Notes under the pieces: model-generated | What the model saw: the letters and a program-made list of their open reading frames with translations, nothing else | Database searches by the model: none | What the model was told of the DNA's origin: nothing | Shown: positions 36,301-48,388 of the stretch, in pieces | Layout: each line of letters starts with the position of its first letter | How positions within the stretch are numbered: the stretch's first letter is position 1 | Origin: Vitrella brassicaformis CCMP3155 | Lineage: Eukaryota > Protista > Chromerida | DNA length: 51,696 nt | Assembly (NCBI GenBank): GCA_001179505.1 | Contig: CDMY01000561.1 | Coordinates: 1-51,696 of the forward strand | Reading direction: 5' to 3' | Program-made: the position numbers and the translations under genes

Positions 36301-37666
36301 TCATCAGCCGACACACCCTTCTGCGAAGCCCAGTGATGCTTCACTGCACACACACACATCACACACAGATAGAGAGAGAGGGAGAGCAACCCCACGCACC
36401 CAAAGCCACCCCACTCCCCCACCTACCGAGTGCACCGAGCATGGCCTGGGGCGACTTGCAGGTGGACAGATGAGGGATAAGGTGGGGGTAGTGTTTCTCG
36501 ACCATGTTGATCCAGGCGGGGCAGCAGGAGGTGAACATGGGCAGGGGCGACTCCTGCGAGGGGGCTGTGATGCGCGTGACCAGCTCGGCGGCCTCCTCCA
36601 TGATGCAGATGTCCGCTGCCATATTGGTGTCGAACACCATATCGAACCCCAAGTCGTGCAGACCGTAACAGATCTGATGGATCCACACACGCATTCATGG
36701 GTGGAATATATAGACACACGGAGAGTGAGTGGGTGGTGTGTGGAGTGTGGGTGGTCACTCGCTCTCTCCCTCATTCCTTCATTCACCTGTTCCTCTGTGA
36801 GAACGGACCGTATGGCCGGCGCCACCTGGGCGATGGTCACCTTGCCCTCCTCCTTGAGCTTGCTCAACGTTTCCTGACCAATGAATGGACGCCCACACAC
36901 ACACATGGTCAGACAGGCGTCACGTGACAGACACCTTTCGCTCTCCCTCCCTCCGTCCGTCGTCTCACTCACCCGTATGGGCATGGGTGGTGAGGAGATG
37001 GCGCCAGTGGGGCAGACCTGAGCGCACTTGCCGCAGAGGAGGCACGTCGACTGGTTGAAGAGGAACTTGTCGCCCACAGGACAGGCCTTCTCGCACGCCC
37101 AGCACTCGAGACACTTGGTGGGGTCGAAGGCCAGCGGCGGCTTGTAACCGCACTCGGGGTTCACCGCACGACACTCGTCGCGAAGCCGCGCCACCTCGCC
37201 CACATCGACTATACACACACACACACACATCCATCCATCCACCCATCCAACCAACACACACACGTACCATCGCCCGTGTCTGTCTGCATCTCCCTCCCTC
37301 CCTCGGTGCATACCTACCGTGGATCTCCTGCTGCTTGGGCTGTGTCTGTGCGGCCGCAACAGCAGCGTACGGGAGGCGCCAGGTGAGGGTCCATGGTGCG
37401 TACGATGGCAGGGTGGATGTGGCCGTCACCAGAGGGGGCCGGTGGAAGAACAGCCCCTTCCCCAGCACCCGGCTGTTGCTCACAAACAGCGGCGTCCGCC
37501 GGGCGGCCGACGCGGCCACACTCTGCTGGTGCGTGCGGTCATGTGCCTTGGCGGCGACGGTAGCTGTTGAGATGGCGCGCAGAGGAGGCAGAGCGAGGGC
37601 GAGGGAGCCGGCGGGCAGCCGCAGGGGGGCCGACGCCAGAGTTTGGAGGCTCCTGTTGGTCAGCAT
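33346..37666 (-). CDS. hydA: [FeFe]-hydrogenase (2x[4Fe-4S] plus H-domain) fused to C-terminal CysJ/cytochrome P450 reductase-type FAD/NADPH-binding module; organellar presequence; about 16 exons
   Basis: CLECWACEKACP and CLLCGKCAQVCP; H-cluster motifs FTSCCPAW, MPCIAKKDE, EVMNCEGGCVGGAG; FGASGGVLEAAAR. Then GDHFGLVPCN, PRFYSIAS, GLCTGH, GSGFAPVRAF, HGCR, AFSRDD..KVY, FYCG, RYHLEAY-stop (TGA at 33348-33346). Confidence 0.92.
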
Positions 37667-38117
37667 CTTCTCTCAGTCACTCACAAACGTCTACAAACGT
37701 CGCAATAGCGATAGGTCGCCAGCTGCTTCAGTCAGGCGACGGATTCATCAAACAGTGCTCGAAAGCGGGTCGTTGTCCAAGTCACGCTAGCTGGGAGGCA
37801 GACAGCTTCAAGCAGCGACGTGTGTCGCGAAGTGTCCCAGCGGAATTGGGTCAAATCTGAGCTCGCATTTGGCGGGAGAAGTGAAAGCACATCCCCTTTC
37901 TCGTTGTGGTTCTGATACCCGTGAGTCCCCATCGCCAGTAGTTCTCAGTCGACAATCGTCGCTAGTCGTCACAAGTGAGTCATGGGACACCAGGCTAGGG
38001 AAGGGAAGGTGGCACGGAGATGCACCGTGACATTGCCTCCATCTCACGTGCCGATTGCTGACCAGCATCTTTGCCTCTCGGTGTGTGTCCTCGTGTGTGT
38101 GGTCAGATAGATCAGCC

Positions 38118-38774
38118 ATGACGGACTTCAGCCTGCAGATGTTGATAAAGGACAACCGGGAGGCCCAGGAGGCCAACAAGGCGGCCAAGGAGCTCGACGC
38201 CAGCAAGATGGGCCGCTCTGGGTCGGACGCCTCGACCTCGAGTCAGGAGAGCCTGCCCAAGCCCCCGCCTGCCAGCGTGGTGCCCAACGGCATCCCCGAG
38301 CCGCCACTCTGGGGCGCTTACCGGTCCATCAAGGACATGGTCTGGAAGAAACTATTCACACCCAAGACGCTCACCGAGCCCGGCGCACAGAAGCCTGCTG
38401 CCGAGCCTGAGAAGGTCAGTCAGTCAGTCACCAAAGGATATCGTCTGTTGTCTTGACCTGGTCTCTCTGTGTGTGTGTGTCAGCAGCCTGTGTTCAACCC
38501 CGAGGTGCCGCCTGAGAAGGAGCAGCCTGCCGGGTGCAGCGGTGGCGTGCATCTGCCGCAGCCGGGCCTCCACGACGCCCACGGCAAACCTGTGGGCGGC
38601 ATTACCTTCGAGCACATCCGTGCCCGCGGCCGGTCCATGTCTGAGGAGATCCAGCACACGAGCGACGCCGTGAGCCCTCCGGCATCGCCCACCCACACTG
38701 GCCCCCTGCCGCCGCCCGTGGCCGTCAAGACGCCCGAGTATGACATGTCCGGCCACAAGGTCTACCGATACTGA
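38118..38774 (+). CDS. Hypothetical Pro-rich protein, 2 coding exons, divergent from the hydrogenase
   Basis: MTDFSLQML..LWGAYRSIKDMVWKKLF..EPEK / QPVFNP..EYDMSGHKVYRY; GC-rich codon usage; probable 5'UTR intron at 37975-38106. Confidence 0.7.
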
Positions 38775-38877
38775 GTGAGTGGCTGACACACACACACACA
38801 CACGACCAAGTAGAGAGTTAGTGCGAGGGTTGAGGGGTGGGTGAGAGAGAGAGAGATTGATGTTATGTGTTGAGAGG

Positions 38878-39035
38878 CGAGGAGAGGAGGGGAGAGGAGA
38901 GGAGAGGAGTGGAGGAGAGGGGAGAGCACCGCGGATGGCTGATGGTGTTTTCTGTGTGTACTGTCTGGCTGTCTGGCTGCCTGGCTGAGAGACTCTACTG
39001 AGTCGCTGAGTTGCGTTGCGTTGCGTTGTATTGCG
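38878..39035. repeat. Simple-repeat block: (GGAGA)n, (TGGC)n, (GTTGC)n
   Basis: Directly visible pentamer and tetramer runs downstream of the 38118-38774 gene. Confidence 0.8.
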
Positions 39036-40936
39036 TTGTATACCAGAAGTTTTTTGTGTGGATGGTGGATGGTGGATTGGATGTGCGGAAAATCTAACAG
39101 ACAGACATGGGCGAGGTGGCGATGCCTGTGTGGTGTGTGGCTGCCACTTGCATTGCACACGCGTCTAGGAGGGATGTGCTGCTGCTGCTGTTGTCTGCCC
39201 GCATTCACATGGATGGATGGATGGATGGACATGTCTATTTGTTGGCATTTTTCCGACCGCATTAATTGCGGTGGCAGGCAGGCAGGCAGGCAGGCATGTG
39301 TTGGTTGCGTGTGTGTGTGCATGTACACTACACTATCGTGTGGGAGCGTGGCGGTTCTGTGTCCGCGTGTACGGGCATGGCATGAGAGAGGCGAAAGAAG
39401 AGAGAGAGGCACACACTCCCTCGCTCTTCTTCCCCACCCAATCCAATCCAGGCGTCCCTACGCGCACAACCACCCAGGAGCTACCCATATACAGACAGAC
39501 TGGAGGGAGGGAGGAGGGAGGGAGGGAGGGGGAACACTGATTCATTGATCGACTGGCCGCGCCGCCTGCACACAGCATACCTACATTCATACACACAGCA
39601 CATGTGTGCGTAAAGGGGGAGAGAGCTGAGTGGTGTGTGTGATGTGCTGTTTGTTTTTCACCACAGCGGGCGGGGCGGCTGGCTGAATTGGGAAATAAAT
39701 ATATAGCTGAATGGCTGGATGGCCGGATGGGTAAGTGTAGCTGACACTGCGCCTGAGGGTATTTTTGGTGCCAGCTGCACCTGTCGCGATGGATCGATGA
39801 ATGCATGGATGGATGGACGGAAGATTAGCATAATGGTCGTCTCGTGAGTGGGTGGGTGAGGCTCAGACTGGTCCTTGAGCGGTTTGGTTGGATCAGGCAA
39901 TTCACTGAGCCAGCCACTGCATTTGGGGTCGTTCAAGAGCCGGCCTCATCCACACACGCAGTGCTGCGAGCATTCGTCTGTGTATGTGTGTGTGCCTGTG
40001 CACGTGTGGACAGATCCAAGAGAGAGACAGAATGAGCGTCCGTGGAAGAAGTGAGGTTGCCCTGCCATCCATCCATCCCCAAGCCTTGACTGCTTGTTCT
40101 CATGCCCACCCGGAGTTTTTCTTTTTGCACTCTATAGGCAGGGAAGGCCTGATGGCTGAGTGAGTGAGTGAGCGACTGAGTGAGTGGAATGGGGTCGGGG
40201 AGAGATGGAGGGAGTTGGTGGGGAGACTCGTCCGAGCGATTGTCTACACAGACAGACAGACCCATGTATGTGGGCTGGGCGGACTCGTCGATTGATAGAC
40301 AACACGTTGAACGAACATACGCAATGGCAGTCCGATGTCGTACCTGTCGCCTCTGTGCTGTGCTGTCTGTCGGCGCCTTGTGCCTCAACTCCATCTGTGT
40401 CGACCGTCACGTGGTCACACGCAATGGTCGAAGCCGATAGAGCATGGACACGAGACACCAAACACACCAACACGCCAAGGTCACGACTCACTCACTCACT
40501 GATTGCTCAAAAGTGCACGCTTCCCCCTCACTCTCACTGTCTAAGTGGACGCATGTCACACCCACCCACTGACTATCCATCGCTATGTCAATCAACAGAC
40601 ACACACAGAGACGCACTCATACCCATCCACACCCATCCAAAGGCTCTTGCAAGCCAAGCCCTCTCTCTGTACACACAACACACGGCAGGCCTTCGTCCAT
40701 CGCATATATCGGCCGATGGACGGCAATGCATTCATTGCAATCAAGGTAGGTAGGTGGTGGTGAGCTGAGCTGAGCGGGAAAAATTGGGAATGAAAGAAAC
40801 GGAGGGAGGGAGGGAAACACAACACATCCATCCCACGCAAGGCAGCACAAGGAGGAGACTAAATGGGGTTCCTTATTTTCTACATCACACCATCGCCCTC
40901 TGTCCTTTTGCCTCTCTGTCTTGGGCCGGTAGCTAG

Positions 40937-41339
40937 CTATAGTATCTTCCTCGGCGCCATTTCCTTCTCAAGGAATGTGACACAGTCCCCCACTGTGGCC
41001 GCCTTGCTCTCCATCCTCCGACGCAACTCATCGTGAACCCTGCACACACACACACAGAGAGAGACACACAGAGAGAGAAAGAGAGAGAAAGAGAGAGAGG
41101 GAATTTGGGCATGCAGCACACAGGGTCGATGGCTGGCTGGCTGGTTGGTTGGCTGGTTGGTTGTTTGGTTGAGCGACCGTCGGTGTTTCCTGAGGAGGTT
41201 GGTGGCCTTGTGGAAGGCCCACTTGACGCGCAAAGAGGCCGTCTCGTCATCAACACCTGATCCGATCCAGCAATCAATAAGACACGCCCTAGGAAAAAAG
41301 TGTCTGTCGTGTATGCGCTGCGCGTGTGTCTGCTTTATT

Positions 41340-41372
<33 letters not shown>

Positions 41373-41567
41373 GACCTTTCAAGTAGTCCTTGTCGCGCAT
41401 GAGCTTGACAAACGCATCGGACTGCCGGGGGTCGGCCACTATGCACTCGGGATGCTGGAGGTTCTCAGCCGCCACACCAGCCAACAGCCACACCAACTGC
41501 ACTCACACACCACCATACCATAGCCCCTTACTTCTGCGCGTGTGTGTGGCCAGTGCGCCAGTCTGTC

Positions 41568-41598
<31 letters not shown>

Positions 41599-42750
41599 AC
41601 CAGTTTGTCGATGCCGGCAGGTGTAAGGAGGTCCATCCTTATTCGTGGGTCCTCTGCCATCTTGAGCGCCTCGAGGACGTTGGGTCTGAAGCAGAAGCAC
41701 GGGAGGCCCAAGAGGTAGGCCACGAGGAAGGCGGCGCTCTCCACGCGGCACTGCCGCTCCTTGTCGTCCACCAACAGACGCTTCAGACCTGCTACAACAC
41801 TCTTGGAGACCACACCACCACCTGCACACACATAAAGAGCCATGCCACACAGACGCCAAGCCCGTGTGGCACCCCATTTCATTGCTGGCTGTGTGTGTGT
41901 GTGCGTGTGTACCCTTGACGATGTCATATACGCCGGCTGCCGCGAGGGCCAGTAGGGCAACGGTGGGGTAGATCTCATCGAAATCGCCATAGATGTAGTC
42001 ACCCAACTGACACACAAAGGCAGTGAAGGAAGCATGGCCGCAGCCCGCCCGTCCCGTGTCTGCCTCTTTGGATGGTTTGCGTACCGTTTCAGCCCCCACC
42101 CCGGTGCCGACGTATCCCATGAATGCGCTCGCCACCACCACATCCTTCGAGCGGCTGTCCTCAGGCATGTCAGTCAAGCTCTCCGTCACACTCGCCAGCC
42201 TCCCTGCGTCGACGGGCGACCCCTCCCACCCCTTGTCAGCCTGCCCATACACCACCGACAGCCCGCTTCCCGTCGCCAGCTCGAGCGACCGCTTCATCGC
42301 CTCCGCGTCATTCGTGACGGCTGCCGCGTCTACCAGCAGTGAAAAGGTCCTCGGGGTGGCCTTGAGGGCCTTCTGCCTCATCTCGTCGAGCAGGGTCCAC
42401 CCCTCCTGCAGAGAGGACTGACGCGCGTCGGGCGACTTGTCGTTGAGCACTCGCCGGAACAGCCCCTGGGCCAGGGTGTTGTACTTGTCCGCCTCGGGCA
42501 GGCTGTCCAGGATACGCGCCAGCTCGCTGTCGCCGCCGCCACTGGGGGACTCGATGAAGCTGAGGCTTTCGCTGCGAGTGGCTGACAGACGCAGCACTGA
42601 CGCAGCGGCATGCGGCGGGCGGAATGGTTGTCTGTGGAGGCTCACTGGCGGTGCGAACGAGGGATCTCTCCTGAGCTGCCGCCGATAATGAATAGCCAGG
42701 CCGCTGTCAAGCCATATCAGCAAGACGATGGCTGCCGAGTGCAGCTTCAT
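40937..42750 (-). CDS. Probable plastid-targeted FtsH/M41-like membrane protein (plant VIR3-like group) with degenerate HExxH and a PPR-like repeat, about 6 exons
   Basis: Signal plus transit-like leader; LLDEM..TPRTFSLLVDAA; two TM segments; KRLL.DD.ER..RVESAAFLVAYLLGLP; LLAGVAAE; A..ATNLL..ME..TVGDCV.FLE. Confidence 0.7.
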
Positions 42751-42936
42751 CTTCAGAAGGGAAGGCACCAAGTGCCGGACACGCGCCTGGAAACCCCAGA
42801 TCTCGATCAGCGTCGCTGCCTGAGCAGAAAACTAGAGGGATTTCCGCCTTCACTTCGTCCCTGAGTTTTGTGGCTAGCTCGCACATCGTGATAGGGTGAA
42901 ATCTCTCCCTTGAGGTCACAGGAGAGATCTCTGCAG

Positions 42937-43275
42937 ATGGAGCCAGGTGAGGACAGCAGAAAGGCAGGCTGACACCTGTGCATAAGCTGCTATGATGATG
43001 ACTGTGTGTTTCAGTGTACGTCATTCTCGTGGTAGTGGGATTGTTCATGCTTGCCGTGGCGGGATACGCATGCTACGTCAACACGCTTCTGGCGGAACGG
43101 AAGAAATCCAGCGGGAAACCAAGCAGAAAGGTGAGTGTTCGGAGTATCGTCAGGGCATCAGTGCACTGATGGATGTTGTTATGCGATGCTGCTGTCGTTG
43201 GGCCATTGGTCGTTGGGTGATGCGGTGCAGAAACCTCGGAAGAAGGACCGGACCTTTTGGTCCATCGGCGACTGA
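42937..43275 (+). CDS. 56-aa single-TM basic microprotein, S1FA-like, 3 exons (not in ORF track)
   Basis: Exons 42937-42946, 43015-43130 and 43231-43275 with GTGAG donors and CAG acceptors give MEPVYVILVVVGLFMLAVAGYACYVNTLLAERKKSSGKPSRKKPRKKDRTFWSIGD-stop. Confidence 0.75.
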
Positions 43276-44565
43276 CAGCTGTTTTTCTTTATGACGTGAC
43301 GTGTGGGGCTGTCTGTCTCTTGTGTCACTCGGCGTGCCTCTCGGGTGGGTGGGTGTATAGCTAGTAGGTGTTTGCAACTGGCGTGTGTCTTTATCCTACA
43401 GACTGACCGCACGCACAATTGGTTCTCGGACTGACGAGATAGCGACAGGCGAATGAATGAGATGGCTGTGTCTGTGTGTGTGTGCGTCATATGCATGATT
43501 GCGTGACTGACGTGGCATGGTAGAGGGAGGCAGAAGGAGGCATCAGATTCCGTCTATCCAGGTAGCCGCAGCCAGCCAGCCAAAAGATTCGACGTAAATG
43601 TCAGTGAGCCAACCGGCCGGACACGCACGTCATTGTCCATCCGCCACAAATCACATGTAGCACACAACAGCGCTCACACGCACACACACGTGCACACACC
43701 ACACCACACCACACCAAACCGCCACATACATGGGGACACCAACATCCATCCATTGTGGAGGCATCCATCCATCATTGCCAACAATCCATGCTAGCCATCC
43801 ATGTCATGTGATCTGATGTACGTCGTTGCAACAAACAACACGCGATCCGATCGAGTGTGACCGAAAAAGTGTCATACATACATGATGCTATGCTATGTGT
43901 GTTATGTGTGTCATCCATTCATGGGGTATGAAGCCATCCCTCCCTCGCCCCTCACCCTCCCTCCCCTCCCCTGGCTCCCTCCTCTCTCCCCGGCCCGTTG
44001 ATGGATGACCATAAAGGATTGCCAATCCCTCCATCCATCCCTTCATCCATCCCTCCATCCATCTCTCACTGTTTACTGAATGCATGAAATGGATCTACCT
44101 AATCTATATGTGCGGCCTCGTCGTCGCATCGCACCACATCGCCTCGCATCGCATCGCATCAAAAGCCATTGATTGCACATCCGCCGCGTCACCCGCAAGG
44201 TCATTGTCACCTTGGCTGGTCGGCCGATAATGTGCTCAGCAGCACATTTCAGACAGCATCTCTCATTCTTCTTCCACGGCACAGCGGCATAAAATGACGT
44301 GACGCCGCCCCCCCGCAACACAACACACACTCACACAACGGCTGGCTGACTGCCCCACGCCACCAACACACAGGGTATGGTATCGTCCCACACACACCAA
44401 CCAAACCGAGACAAATGCACCAAACACACACAGACGCGCGCCGCGCCCAGCGACCAAACCCACTTACCAAACAAACAAACAGCTGCCTTCCCCCGTCCCA
44501 TCCATCCCACATACCATACCTTGTGCGCCTGGCCGTCTGTCTGTCTGTCTGTCTGTCGCCCTCAG

Positions 44566-47500
44566 TCAGATTGGCATGATCTGTCCCCAGATCCACCGGA
44601 TAACATTGTCAGTCCGCTCCTTCTTCCTCTGCCGCTCCACCTTGCCTCGCCTGCCCCACATCGACTTGCTCTCGTCGGCAACATCCCTCCCGTCACACAG
44701 GTCCCGCCAGATGTCCAGCCGCGCCCGCGAGGTCGCCTGGAACTGGTGGAGTGCGTCGATGGGGAAGCCGTACTCGCGCGCCACCTGGGGGCCGTTGAGG
44801 CACGAGGAGGCGTAGTTCTCAATGTCTTGCCGCCGGATGGGTGCTCGCGCATCGACGATGAGTGCCCTGCCGCCGAAGGGGAAGAGGCTCGCCAGCACAT
44901 CGACCAGGTCGTAGTGCACCAGCACACGAGAGATCTCCTGCAGATCAGACAGATGAGTCAGTCAGATCATGGGAGAGGCGATATATGAATCAATCGTCCG
45001 TCCATTGGCGGACACACATTCCATGTCTCGGGGTGCCTGCCTACCATGTATGGTGGCATTTCGTAGAGCCTGGTCTCCGCGATGAGGGCGTAGGAGGGGA
45101 TCTCGTCCACCAGCACCAGACTGATCTTCGCACCCACAGACACACCCTCACCCTCGCCAGCACCCACACGGACATTCGCCATGTCCGCCACGGCATGGAG
45201 CAAGGCGCTGCTCAGCCCGCCGCCAGCCACAATGCCCGCAATTGAACGCACACGCACATCGTCGTCGGTGAAAGAGGCGATCACCTGCTGGATCTCCCAC
45301 GCGTGGAAGCCCACATTGGAGAAGCCCGCCAGCCGGGGAATGGCGTCTGACGCACCTGGGGGGACATTAGAGGCGGGGGGGCTGGTGGCGGTGACGCCGA
45401 AGCCTGTGAGGCTGACGATGGCCACACCGATGGGGCGTGTGGTGCTGTTGGTGGGGATGGACGAGGGGTAGTTGAGGGCCTGGCTGGACTCCAGAACGTC
45501 ATGTACGTCATGGCTGGCAGATTTGACACCCGTCGGCCGATGGTAGGTGTCATACTGCCACTCCCAAGCGTCGATCATGACCACCAGGTCGACCTTCATG
45601 CCCACGCCCACACGCCGGCTGCCGCCACGATAGCCCGTCGGCATGTTGTAATGCGGCAGCCACAAGAGGATGTCGACGACTCCCTTGCCGGCCGTGGGGA
45701 TCACCCACCTCTCCATCAGGTGCTCTGGCCCCCACCTCACCGTGCCCAAAAACTGACGCAGGGGCGGCGAGAGGGAGAAGGTGGACCAGGACGATCGGCG
45801 TAAACCCTGCAAATCCCTTCTGGCCGCCATCCTCTCTTGCCCGTGATGCTGATTCTGGGGTGAGGCGTGCTTCGCTTCAGCACGCGAGCCTCGGTGTGCG
45901 AGTGGCGACGGGAGGGGGGCTGTGCGGGTGTACTCCCCCAGGGGAAGGGGATCGAAGGTGCGAGTGGAGGCTGCGGGGCCGATACCGGCGACCTTGGCGA
46001 CGGACTGGCGGACGCTCTTGAGCCACTCGACCAGCGACCGCTCCCATCGTTTCTTTCCATATCTGATGCGATCGAGGTCGTGCCTCCGCGCAGCCGATAT
46101 CTCATGGATCCACTGCGCCAGACCCCACTCGTCACGATACGACGAGAACACCTGACCTGCGTAGATACACACATTCACACACACACACACACACACGCAC
46201 GGATACCCAGATCCATCCATCAGTGCGCTCATGATGCACGTCAGTCACGTCACGTGTGCCTTTGTACCTGTCCTGGTGACCTTGAGCGATCTGCAAGGCA
46301 GCGGCCGTATGTCCATATCGTTGACGACATATCCGCTGGGCACCGGCAGCTCCATCCCCTCCACCCACTGCAGCCGACGATCCCACTCCCACCCAAACGA
46401 CGACACACCCGACTCGTCGGAATCAATGGGCGACACAGCAGCCTCACCCTTGCCGCCTCCGCTGCTGCTGCTGCTGCTGCAGCCGCCACTGTGCTTGTCG
46501 GCGGCATAGGGAAGGTCCCCCGCAAAGACCGACTCGCGCGTGACCAGCTGGTCGCTGTCGAGCATGCCGAAATGGTACATGAAGAAGCCATAGAGGTGCT
46601 CCTTGGTGTTCTTTGAGTAGCCGTGGGGCGCCAGTGCCGTCGCTGCGGTGAGGGGGAAGGATGGGGGCAAAGGGATGTCGATGGAGTGGTTGGTGAGGGA
46701 GAGGAAGGCCGGGAGTGCGTCGCGTAGGGCCTGCATGCCGCCCTCCATTGGGAAGTCTTGGTCGTTGGATGACATGAGGACCTGTGTGGGCAGGGGGGCG
46801 CGGGCCACCAGCAGGTCGGGCTTGTCGAGACCTATGGCGGCGCCACGCATCCACTGCTGCTCGCTGTCGGATGACCCCTGCCATGACAAATCTACCTCAA
46901 ACGTGCTCATCTGACCAACACAACCAACAGAGGGAAACAAAGGAAAAGATGACGTTTGTCCAGCGGTGACGTGCGCGACGTGTGCAGTCCTTACGTAGTT
47001 GGCAATCGAGGCCGCCTTGATTCGGTCATCGATGGCCGCCACGTAGGCCGTCTGTGTGCCGCCCCCGCTGCACCCCGCCATGCCGATCCGCTTCCTGTCC
47101 ACCTCGCGCCTCTCCAGCAGAAAGTCGACCGCCCGTGTGCCCTCCCACACCCACACGGACAGCGGCGAGAGGCCCAGGAGGAACAGCGGCGGGCCCAGAT
47201 AGTTGTGTTCTCGTGTGGGGGAGCCCCCCCGTGCGTTGCATGTGCCGGCGGAGGCGTCGTCTGCGTTGTAGCTGCCGGTGCCTGCGTCGCTTGTGTGGGT
47301 GGCGGGGTTGAAGTACTGTAGCCGCTCACCCTACATGGATGGCATGGAGCCGACAGAGTGACAGACAGGGAGGGAGCAAAGATCCATCATGAGGCTGTCT
47401 GTGAGAGTTTCCTCCACCTGACCTACCTGTCCTGGTGGGTCGAAGGCGAAGACGATGATGTTTCTGGCGACCAGGTTGAGCAGCACCTCTTGTAAATGGG

Positions 47501-48388
47501 ACTCGCGGAAGGACGGGATGACGTGGCCCGACGCGTAGATGACAGCAGGACAGGGGTTGGCCGGGGTGCACTTGGCGGGGATGAGGAGCGCCCCCGTGAC
47601 GTGCATGTTGGGCAGTGTCTGGTACACGATGGTCTCGACGTCGAAGGTGATCTTTCCGACGTCCGTGTGCCTGACGTGGGTCGTTCGGGAAGTGGCGCTG
47701 GCCTTGAGCTCGAGAGTGGGGAAGTACTCGAGGGGGTAGAATATCTCATCGCGAAGCTGCTGGCGGATGACGTCCCTTCGTATGGCCCAGAAAGTGCTGT
47801 TGGTGGCCGACACGGACCGCAGCTCCTCCGCCCGCCGCCGCAACAGCTTGACGGCCGACTCGGTGAAAGTGCTCTGCAGGGCCCTGTGCGGATCATGCGC
47901 ATAGTAACGATACCTGCACACACACAGCACACGAAGGGCGCGGATCACGTCAGTCATTGATTGGCACATGCATGATATATGACTGGCCTGAGGCCTCTTT
48001 CTGGTCTGGCTCTGTGTTGTCTGACTGACCAGCTGGTGAAGTCGGCAGGTCCCCTGAGCTCGATATTGACTATCCGTCTTCTCCATAACAAGACCGCAAG
48101 CAAAACCGATGTGGCGGCGACAGCTAGGACGCCCAGCGTGCCGCCAATCCACCACCACTTACCGCATCGACAGCCGCAGCCGCCACAGGGCCTCCGTCTG
48201 TGATGCCGTGGGTGGTGATGATGCCGGTGCTCATCTCTCGGATCTCTCGTGTGTCCGTGAGCGCCAGTGGGTGCATCTGAGGTGGGTAGGTGGTCTGACG
48301 CTGTGCTTGTGCTGGCGGTGGTTGCAGATGACCTCAGGCCTAGGATGGGAGAACGCATGGGATAGTAGGCATCTTCTGGGGACTTCAT
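44566..48388 (-). CDS. Type II membrane-anchored alpha/beta-hydrolase (bacterial acetylxylan esterase/dienelactone hydrolase-like), multi-exon
   Basis: TM WWWIGGTLGVLAVAATSVLLAVLLW; ETIVYQTLP..VTGALLIP..PAVI..SGH, AFDPPGQGER, RAVDFL..REVD.KRIGMAGCSGGGTQT..AAIDDRIKAA (GxSxG), APLP, PHGYS. Confidence 0.85.

Noticed and set aside
23997-37666. gcvT and hydrogenase as a glycine-cleavage/H2 cluster
   Set aside because: The coupling is plausible in anaerobic mitochondria, but four unrelated genes intervene and nothing in the sequence links them.
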